Source: a virus (taxonomy: Duplodnaviria > Heunggongvirae > Uroviricota > Caudoviricetes). From it: a DNA stretch of 14,604 nucleotides. The position numbers were made by a program, and so were the translations under genes. Every line of letters starts with the position of its first letter. Position 1 is the stretch's first letter. The notes below the pieces were generated by a model. That model worked only from the letters and a program-made list of their open reading frames with translations. It searched no databases and was not told the DNA's origin. The DNA lies in the IMG/VR virus record IMGVR_UViG_3300009180_000026; one strand, given 5' to 3'. Positions 7,681 to 14,080 of the stretch are shown in pieces.

Positions 7681-8706
7681 ATGGCGAAAGCAAAAGAAGC
7701 TCCAGAGAGCAAAGGTAAATTTCAAGATGCACTTGATAAGCTAAACAAAGCTTATGGTGTAGGAACTGTTCTTACATTAGACAGTAAAACCACTGGTGAT
7801 TATGATCTTATTAGCACAGGAAGTGTGGGATTTGATCACATCACATTAGGAACAGGTGGATTTGTTAAAGGTAAGATGTATGAACTTATGGGATGGGAAG
7901 GTTCAGGTAAATCAACAATTTGTGGACATGCTGTAGCAGAATGCCAAAAGAAAGGTGGTGTTGTTCTGTATATAGATGGTGAGCATGCTGTTGATAAACA
8001 TTATTTTGAAGCATTGGGTGTAGACACTACAAAGATGCTTATTGCCCAACCATCATGTGGTGAGGAAGGTTTCAACATTGCTATGGAGATGATTGAAACA
8101 GGAACCATCGATCTTATTATCATAGATTCAGATTCTAGTCTTATTCCTAAGAAAGTCTTAGATGGTGAGGTGGGTGATTCTTCTATTGGTAAGAAAGCTC
8201 TGCTTAATTCAAATGCCTATCCAAAGCTTAAAGGTGCTTTGTCTCAACACAATGTATGTGTAATTGTTATTTCTCAGTATAGAGAAAAGATAGGTGTTAT
8301 GTTTGGTAATCCTACAACAACTCAGGGAGGACATGCTCTTAAGTTTTATTCAGATGTTCGTATAGAAGTGTCTAAATCTCTTGCTAAAGAAGGAGATCAA
8401 GCTTATGGTAACATCACCAAGGTGAAAGCTATTAAGAACAAGATGAGTCCTCCATATAGACTATCTAGTTTTGAAATCATCTATGGCCAGGGTATTGATA
8501 AGATTGGAGAACTAATGGAACTCATTAACGAGTTTGAGATAGGTAGAAAGTATGGTAAGACAATGACCATAAATGAAATCAAATATGATCTTGAAGATTT
8601 CAAAAGAATGTTAATGGACAATGAAGAATTCTATAATGACATTGTGAAACAAATTTTAAACAAAATTAATAACGTAAAAATTGAAGAAAATGCAGGTGAA
8701 ATTTAA
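7681..8706 (+). CDS. recA: RecA-family recombinase (phage-encoded)
   Basis: ISTGSVGFD..LGTGG, ELMGWEGSGKST (Walker A), YIDGEHAVD, LIIIDS (Walker B), QYREKIGVMFGNPTTTQGGHALKFYSDVRIEV, KNKMSPPYR. Confidence 0.95.
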   Translation: MAKAKEAPESKGKFQDALDKLNKAYGVGTVLTLDSKTTGDYDLISTGSVGFDHITLGTGGFVKGKMYELMGWEGSGKSTICGHAVAECQKKGGVVLYIDGEHAVDKHYFEALGVDTTKMLIAQPSCGEEGFNIAMEMIETGTIDLIIIDSDSSLIPKKVLDGEVGDSSIGKKALLNSNAYPKLKGALSQHNVCVIVISQYREKIGVMFGNPTTTQGGHALKFYSDVRIEVSKSLAKEGDQAYGNITKVKAIKNKMSPPYRLSSFEIIYGQGIDKIGELMELINEFEIGRKYGKTMTINEIKYDLEDFKRMLMDNEEFYNDIVKQILNKINNVKIEENAGEI

Positions 8707-9256
8707 AAAATTACATGCAAATGCTCAACTTCCTGTAAAGGGGAGTGAGCATGCTGCGTGTTTTGATGTTTATGCTACAAGTGTAACAGCAGAATATGGT
8801 GGAAAGGTTACATATGGATTAGGATTTGCAACAGAAATTCCAGTGGGCTATATGGGAATATTAGTTCCTAGAAGCAACATCACTAAACATAAATGGGTGA
8901 TGAACAATTCTACAGGTATAATTGACAGTGATTATAGAGGAGAGTGGATGATGAAGCTCAATTCTATAGGAAAAGATTTTGAAGAACTTCCATATGCTGT
9001 AGGAGATAGAATAGGACAAATCTATTTCATACCAATCCTTCCTACCACCTTTGAAGAAGTCTCATCATTAGATGATTCTGCAAGAGGAGAGGGTGGATTT
9101 GGTTCTACAGGAATAGGAGTGTTAAATATTCATTCTTCTGGAACTGATCTTGATAAAACGTGGATTGATGAAATTCATAATACCAATTATTATATTGATC
9201 CTAAATTCATAACTACAACAAACATTGCAGATGGGAAAATTAATATTACAGCTTGA
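8690..9256 (+). CDS. dut: Trimeric dUTPase with a 47-aa C-terminal extension
   Basis: All five motifs present: ACFDVYA, PRSN, GIIDSDYRGE, GDRIGQ, RGEGGFGSTG. ATG 8690 preferred over TTG 8681. Confidence 0.92.
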   Translation: MQVKFKKLHANAQLPVKGSEHAACFDVYATSVTAEYGGKVTYGLGFATEIPVGYMGILVPRSNITKHKWVMNNSTGIIDSDYRGEWMMKLNSIGKDFEELPYAVGDRIGQIYFIPILPTTFEEVSSLDDSARGEGGFGSTGIGVLNIHSSGTDLDKTWIDEIHNTNYYIDPKFITTTNIADGKINITA

Positions 9257-9458
9257 TGATGATGAAATGAATATATTTAAGAAACAATATGTAAACCTTG
9301 TAGATCTTCATGATGAAATTGAAAAGCTTTTTGAAGAAGGAGAAAAGCTTGACAAGCGTAAGAAGAAAGCTTATGCAGAATGGAAAGAAAAGATTAACTT
9401 TCTGATTGATGTATATAATACAAGGGCAACGTTTAAAACCTATAACAAAGTAAAATGA
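9231..9458 (+). CDS. Hypothetical helical protein (75 aa)
   Basis: ATG 9231 overlaps the end of dut; ATGA overlap into the next gene; charged amphipathic helices. Confidence 0.65.
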   Translation: MGKLILQLDDDEMNIFKKQYVNLVDLHDEIEKLFEEGEKLDKRKKKAYAEWKEKINFLIDVYNTRATFKTYNKVK

Positions 9459-10138
9459 GAATATTGCACATTAGTGACACCCATAGCTATCATGAGATGT
9501 TTCCTATGGAGAGATTTAAAGACATAGATGTTGTTGTACACTCAGGAGATTGTTCCAATTATAAAGATCATATTAGGAATGAACAAGAAGTTAGAGCTTT
9601 CATAGCTTGGTATAAAGATGTTCCTGTTAAACACAAAATTTATGTAGCAGGTAATCATGATACTAGCATAGAAAGAAACAGAGTTACACCAGCAGATTTT
9701 CATTCTGAAGGAATCACCTATCTTGAGAATGCAGGCACCACTATAGATGGTGTTAAGTTTTGGGGAAGTCCTCACACTCCTACATTTGGTCAATGGGCTT
9801 TTATGAAAAGTAGACAAACCATTAACAGAGTGTGGCAGAACATTCCTATAGATGTAGATGTTCTTATAACCCACGGTCCTCCTAAAGGTGTAAGAGATCT
9901 CTCACATGATAGAGATGGAATCCTTGAATTCTGTGGAGACAGTGCTCTTATGAAAGCTGTATGGGGATTGAAACCAAAATGTATGTTGTTTGGACATATA
10001 CACAACTCTCCAGGATGTGATAATCAAGGAATCTCTCATTATTCTAAAACACCAACAATCTTTTCTAACGCTTCATGTGTAGATGATGGAAGATTTGATC
10101 TAGGACTTACATCATTTGGAAATATAATTGAAATATGA
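9455..10138 (+). CDS. Calcineurin-like metallophosphoesterase, MPPED1/2 (239FB)-like
   Basis: HISDTH, HSGDC, VAGNHD, LITHGPP.G, PKCMLFGHIH, FSNAS: the full metal-ligand set in the subfamily-typical arrangement. Confidence 0.88.
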   Translation: MRILHISDTHSYHEMFPMERFKDIDVVVHSGDCSNYKDHIRNEQEVRAFIAWYKDVPVKHKIYVAGNHDTSIERNRVTPADFHSEGITYLENAGTTIDGVKFWGSPHTPTFGQWAFMKSRQTINRVWQNIPIDVDVLITHGPPKGVRDLSHDRDGILEFCGDSALMKAVWGLKPKCMLFGHIHNSPGCDNQGISHYSKTPTIFSNASCVDDGRFDLGLTSFGNIIEI

Positions 10139-10527
10139 AATGTAAAACATGTGGGAAAAACTCAGAATCAGAATATTGCTTCCAACATAAACCAAGAAAG
10201 CCTCTTAAAAGTGTAAAATTTTCAACAGTTAAACGGAAAACTTCCGATGATTCAGCACAAATTTTACAAATGCAAGAGTTCTTCCTTGATATATGGAGAA
10301 AGAGAAAAGAACACAACTGTGAAAACTGTAAGAAGTGGCTTGGTAGTGAGCCACTTTCTTATATGTTTGATCATCTTCTTGAGAAAAGTAAATACCCTGA
10401 TCTCAAACTTAAAGAAGAAAATATAATGTTAGTGTGTTTAGAATGTCACGATCTTAAAACAAGAGGTTTTGTAACTGATTTTGTTAGAGATAAAATAGAA
10501 GAAGTTAGGAACAAGTTTGATAAATAG
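10135..10527 (+). CDS. Zn-finger plus HNH-like nuclease
   Basis: N-terminal CKTC...YCFQH; C-terminal CENC...FDHLLEKS...EENIMLVCLECHD (HNH-like core). Confidence 0.65.
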   Translation: MKCKTCGKNSESEYCFQHKPRKPLKSVKFSTVKRKTSDDSAQILQMQEFFLDIWRKRKEHNCENCKKWLGSEPLSYMFDHLLEKSKYPDLKLKEENIMLVCLECHDLKTRGFVTDFVRDKIEEVRNKFDK

Positions 10528-10528
10528 T

Positions 10529-10536
10529 TATCTTTG
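10529..10536 (+). promoter_or_regulatory. Bacteroidota -7 element TATCTTTG upstream of phoH
   Basis: Exact TAnnTTTG in a 22-bp intergenic gap; a near-consensus TTAG lies 20 bp upstream (10505-10508). Confidence 0.45.
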
Positions 10537-10549
10537 GTAAAACTTAAAT

Positions 10550-11200
10550 ATGAAAGAACCTAACAGAGAACGTAAACAAGACATTAAATATAAAATTACA
10601 TTAAACGAAGAACAGAAAGAAGCTAAAAGACTCATCCTTGAAAATCAGATTGTGATCATCACTGGTAGAGCTGGTTGTGGTAAGAGTCTTGTTAGTGCTC
10701 AAGTTGCTTTAGATTTCCTTTTTAAAAAACAATGTGATCAAATCCTAATTACAAGAGCTGCTATTGAGGTGGGTAAAAGTCTTGGGTTTCTACCAGGAAG
10801 CCTTGATGAAAAGTTTGATCCTTATTTAGAAGCATTTCAAGAAAATCTTATGAAGTGTTATGATAAGGTGAAAGTGGAAGAGATGGTCACTGCTAAAAAG
10901 ATCAATGCACTACCTGTACAGTTTATAAGAGGAAAAACAATTGATGATATATTGATTGTAGAAGAAGCCCAAAACTTAAGCAAAGCAGAGATGTTAGCAA
11001 TTGTTACAAGACTAGGAAAGAATGGTAAGATTATAATTAATGGAGACAATGAACAAAAGGATATTAGAGATGAGTTTAATGGCCTAAGTTTCATCACCTC
11101 TCTTGTTAAGAAGATTCCAGAGATTAAATATATAAATCTCAAACACAACCACAGGTCTGATCTTGTGGGTAAAATTTTAGAATTAGAATACGGTAAATAA
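10550..11200 (+). CDS. phoH: PhoH-like ATPase
   Basis: ITGRAGCGKS (P-loop), TRAAIEVGKSLGFLPG, FIRGKT, IVEEAQN, RLGKNGKIIINGD..QKD, RSDLV. Confidence 0.92.
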   Translation: MKEPNRERKQDIKYKITLNEEQKEAKRLILENQIVIITGRAGCGKSLVSAQVALDFLFKKQCDQILITRAAIEVGKSLGFLPGSLDEKFDPYLEAFQENLMKCYDKVKVEEMVTAKKINALPVQFIRGKTIDDILIVEEAQNLSKAEMLAIVTRLGKNGKIIINGDNEQKDIRDEFNGLSFITSLVKKIPEIKYINLKHNHRSDLVGKILELEYGK

Positions 11201-11216
11201 TTAAAACCAAATAAAC

Positions 11217-11516
11217 ATGAATCAATTTTTCTACACTCGTAAAGAGCTTGTATCTGGAACACCAGAAAATCCTGAATTCAAAGAGTTCAGAGACAGTTTT
11301 AACATCAACAAGGTTGTGAGAACAATCACTATGATTGATGAACGTACATTAGTTTTATTAGATGATCTACATGAAAGAGCTCAAGAAGTTCCTGATATAG
11401 ATCCTAAAACAAATAAGATGAGAGCTATGAAACGTGTTAAAGACACCTTCCAATCTGAGATCTATCTTGATCCTTCAGATGCTGTTAGATTCCAAAAAGT
11501 CACATCTCTAGACTAA
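11217..11516 (+). CDS. Hypothetical protein (99 aa), last gene of the rightward arm
   Basis: A-rich start AAAACCAAATAAAC-ATG; ends just before the bidirectional terminator. Confidence 0.8.
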   Translation: MNQFFYTRKELVSGTPENPEFKEFRDSFNINKVVRTITMIDERTLVLLDDLHERAQEVPDIDPKTNKMRAMKRVKDTFQSEIYLDPSDAVRFQKVTSLD

Positions 11517-11524
11517 TAGAAATA

Positions 11525-11553
11525 AAAAAGCCCTCTTAAATTGAGGGCTTTTT
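11525..11553. terminator. Bidirectional intrinsic terminator
   Basis: AAAAAGCCCTC-ttaaatt-GAGGGCTTTTT perfect inverted repeat, with T-tracts on both strands, between convergent gene arms. Confidence 0.9.
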
Positions 11554-11570
11554 AATTCTTTGTAAGAAGA

Positions 11571-11804
11571 TTATGCAATTGCTTCAAGATCAGCCTTAAC
11601 AGCTTCGATCTTTTCAACAACAGCTTGTCTTGCTTCAGCTGTACCACCTTCAGCAACCATTGCTTCTAAAGCAGCAATTGATTCAGTTAATCCAGTAATT
11701 GCTGCATCTTTTGCAGAAATTAAGATAGCAATTTGTTCTTGCTCAGCATCAAGAGCAGCTTGTAGTTCATCTACTTTTGCAGAGATTTCTTCTAATGTAG
11801 CCAT
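11571..11804 (-). CDS. Acidic Ala-rich coiled-coil protein (77 aa)
   Basis: Heptad pattern LEEISAKVDELQAALDAEQEQIAIL; start context CTAAAAACAAATAAAC-ATG. Confidence 0.85.
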   Translation of the reverse strand: MATLEEISAKVDELQAALDAEQEQIAILISAKDAAITGLTESIAALEAMVAEGGTAEARQAVVEKIEAVKADLEAIA

Positions 11805-11823
11805 GTTTATTTGTTTTTAGAGG

Positions 11824-11991
11824 TTAAATAATTGAATTTATATCGTCTATAGACTCTTCTAACTTATCATATATTTCTTGCTTGATCTTTGCATTTTCAG
11901 CAAGAATCATGTCAAGCTTTCTTTCTATTTGCCTAAGTCTTTTCTTAGTGTCATTGTCTATAGCGTTGATAATAAAGGTAAATAGTCTCAT
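11824..11991 (-). CDS. Small coiled-coil protein (55 aa; absent from the ORF track)
   Basis: Manual translation: MRLFTFIINAIDNDTKKRLRQIERKLDMILAENAKIKQEIYDKLEESIDDINSII*; fills the gap between two (-) genes. Confidence 0.75.
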   Translation of the reverse strand: MRLFTFIINAIDNDTKKRLRQIERKLDMILAENAKIKQEIYDKLEESIDDINSII

Positions 11992-11997
11992 ATTAAT

Positions 11998-12177
11998 TTA
12001 TTTTGATAATCTTTTTTGCATCATTGGTTGCATAGGTGATGTTCGTATTGCTTTATCATCCATAGATTTATTCTTGGAAAAAGGTTTATCCTTCTTAGGA
12101 ATACCAACCTTTGGAGCTTTTCTTGGAGCTCCTGATTTCTTAGCTTTACCAGCTGTTAAGCCTTTACTTGCAGCCAT
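11998..12177 (-). CDS. Small Lys-rich basic protein (59 aa)
   Basis: MAASKGLTAGKAKKSGAPRKAPKVG...; ATG 12177 overlaps the last codons of the upstream gene and is preferred to the longer start at 12204. Confidence 0.7.
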   Translation of the reverse strand: MAASKGLTAGKAKKSGAPRKAPKVGIPKKDKPFSKNKSMDDKAIRTSPMQPMMQKRLSK

Positions 12178-12466
12178 ACTTACATTTTTTAGCCATCTTA
12201 CCACCTTTTTTCATATCCTGAGTCATCCTACCTCTTGTTTGATCTGATGCACTTTTACTAGCTGCCTGTGCTTGAAGTTGTGAAGTACCAGTTTGAGCCT
12301 TCTTAACCTTCATTCCTTTCTTAGCAATAACACCACGACCTTTAAGAACATCAGCCTTCGTGATTTTACCATCTTTGTTTAAGTCTGGGAATGATTTACC
12401 ATTCTTAGCTTTAGTAGTTCCACCCATCATCTGCATTTTTTTAGCAGGTTTTTTCATTGTAGCCAT
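12164..12466 (-). CDS. Lys/Met-rich basic protein with an EF-hand-like loop (100 aa)
   Basis: Contains DLNKDGKITKAD plus MMGG, KKAQTG and MKKGGK motifs. Confidence 0.85.
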   Translation of the reverse strand: MATMKKPAKKMQMMGGTTKAKNGKSFPDLNKDGKITKADVLKGRGVIAKKGMKVKKAQTGTSQLQAQAASKSASDQTRGRMTQDMKKGGKMAKKCKYGCK

Positions 12467-12469
12467 GAT

Positions 12470-12631
12470 TTATTTTTTTAAAGTGTCAACAATAGTTGTA
12501 TCAATAACTCTAACTGATTCTACAACCTTAGTTGTGTCAGAGATTTTAGTTGAATCAACAGAAACAGTTTCTGTAGAAGCACCACCACATGCTGATAACG
12601 CTACAGCTAATACGAATAACAATTTTTTCAT
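12470..12631 (-). CDS. Mini-lipoprotein (53 aa; absent from the ORF track)
   Basis: MKKLLFVLAVALSA-CGGASTETVSVDSTKISDTTKVVESVRVIDTTIVDTLKK*: basic n-region, hydrophobic h-region, lipobox LSA-C15, Thr/Asp/Val-rich tail. Confidence 0.85.
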   Translation of the reverse strand: MKKLLFVLAVALSACGGASTETVSVDSTKISDTTKVVESVRVIDTTIVDTLKK

Positions 12632-12647
12632 TTTTTATTTTTAAGGT

Positions 12648-13082
12648 TTAACAATTCCATTTTCTTAAAGCTAGTGCTTTTCTTGTAGGTTTACCATTAG
12701 GCTTTTTCATAGGGCCTTTAACTCCACTCATTCTAGCACAAAATGATTTCCTACGTTTAGCAGGTTTGCTATCTGGATCTAATTTAGAAGGCTTTGTTGT
12801 AACAGCCATCTTTAATTTACTTCCAGGATTAGCACGTCTATAACTAGCAACACCTTTTCTATTAAGACCACCTGCAGGATCTTTTCCTTCAGAGCGTGTC
12901 CAAGCAGGTGTACTACCACCATTCTTTAAAGAAGAACCTTTAAATGGACCTTTCTTCTTAATAAGTGGACCATTAGGAACAGGTGTGATTGCACCACCTT
13001 TTCTAAGAACACCTTTTCCTACATAAGCAGAAGCTTTCTGTGGGTTGTAGGGTCCTTTTCCTATTTTCTTAATTGTTGCCAT
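12648..13082 (-). CDS. Basic protein with a widespread phage C-terminal domain (DUF6321-like, from recall)
   Basis: TPAWTRSEGKDPAGGLNRKG...RRKSFCARMSG..GPMKKPNGKPTRKALALRKWNC resembles a recurrent uncharacterised phage domain; Lys/Gly-rich N-terminus. Confidence 0.7.
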   Translation of the reverse strand: MATIKKIGKGPYNPQKASAYVGKGVLRKGGAITPVPNGPLIKKKGPFKGSSLKNGGSTPAWTRSEGKDPAGGLNRKGVASYRRANPGSKLKMAVTTKPSKLDPDSKPAKRRKSFCARMSGVKGPMKKPNGKPTRKALALRKWNC

Positions 13083-14080
13083 TATAATGTATTTCTAAAA
13101 TCAGTTGTAAGATCTGTCCAAGTTCCTGAATTTCTCAACCATAATTCACTGAAAACAATACAAGGTGCATATCCATCATCTACATTAATAAATGTTCCAG
13201 ATAGGAAATAAAGATCTTTTTGCCCTGTAAGAACAGGAATTAATGTATTCTTTAAATCTGTAAAACTTGCTGCTCTTATATATTCTGTAGCTAATTTAAC
13301 ACCAGCACTATATTTAGTGGGGTCTAAAACAAAGTTATAGGGAGCAGAACAAAGTGTAGCTCTGTTTGTATATAGAATATTAGCAAGTGTATAGTATTGA
13401 TCATTATCAGCAAATACACCAGCACCTCTAGTTGGAGCAGAACCACCAGAACCATTTGTCATAACCCAGTTAGCAGCTGTAACAACAGCACCACATGTAT
13501 TATCACTTGTAGCAGAAGTCTTTCCTCTTCTTAACATTCTACCTACATTATCATTAGCAGTAACAAGATCAGCTTGTTGTGTAACTCCTATGTGAGGCAT
13601 GTTAATTAACAATAATGGTCCATCAGTAGGAGTCATTGTTGTAGCATGACTTTGCCAAGCTTGTAATGCTAGAGCTCCTGTATGAGGATAACCAGCTAAT
13701 CCACCACCCATAAATGGTCCAAGATAGGAATTTAATGCTGGAGGATTTTGTCCTATGTTATTAATATCAGCAAACTCAGAAGCATTAACATCATCTGAAC
13801 ACACTGTAAGATTTAAAACTGTATCACTAGTTTTCACACCTCTATCAGAAAGGAATAATTGTAACCTTGTAGTAAGATGTTGAGCTAATACAGCATCTGG
13901 ATAGGTTGTTTGTACAACATCAAGATAGTGCTGAGTAGTCTTATTAAAATATTCTACAGGTTGAACCTCTTTCCATATACCCACCTTAGGAGCATGAGTG
14001 TATAAACCAAGACTTCCTGGTACTATTTCTCCATTTTTTAGAAACCTTGCATAAGGTTTTAACTTTATACTTTTTGCCAT
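13082..14080 (-). CDS. LCIB/theta-type carbonic anhydrase-like protein with an N-terminal phage module
   Basis: Ordered motifs YPDA, TVCSDDVN (C94, D96), FMGGGLAGYPHTG, SH, INMPHIG (H163), GRMLRRG, TCGA (C196), DQ, SGTFINVDDG match the LCIB/C family with Cys-His-Cys Zn ligands. Confidence 0.8.
   Translation of the reverse strand: MAKSIKLKPYARFLKNGEIVPGSLGLYTHAPKVGIWKEVQPVEYFNKTTQHYLDVVQTTYPDAVLAQHLTTRLQLFLSDRGVKTSDTVLNLTVCSDDVNASEFADINNIGQNPPALNSYLGPFMGGGLAGYPHTGALALQAWQSHATTMTPTDGPLLLINMPHIGVTQQADLVTANDNVGRMLRRGKTSATSDNTCGAVVTAANWVMTNGSGGSAPTRGAGVFADNDQYYTLANILYTNRATLCSAPYNFVLDPTKYSAGVKLATEYIRAASFTDLKNTLIPVLTGQKDLYFLSGTFINVDDGYAPCIVFSELWLRNSGTWTDLTTDFRNTL

Noticed and set aside
9254-9262. 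TGATGATGA at the end of dut as a sign of stop-codon recoding
   Set aside because: It encodes Asp-Asp-Asp in the overlapping downstream frame; TAA, TGA and TAG all end intact genes in this window, so the standard code fits.
1118-10316. Antisense or nested ORFs in the track (1118-1309, 2543-2779, 3028-3216, 3726-4007, 3862-4089, 4271-4612, 5261-5488, 9542-9874, 9790-10005, 10107-10316)
   Set aside because: They overlap well-supported genes, have no motifs, and show the hydrophobic bias expected from the reverse complement of A-rich coding DNA.
11571-12631. Spanin pair (lipoprotein plus coiled coil) or lysis cassette
   Set aside because: Neither coiled-coil protein has a credible transmembrane segment, the lipoprotein lacks o-spanin-like features, and no holin or endolysin is nearby.
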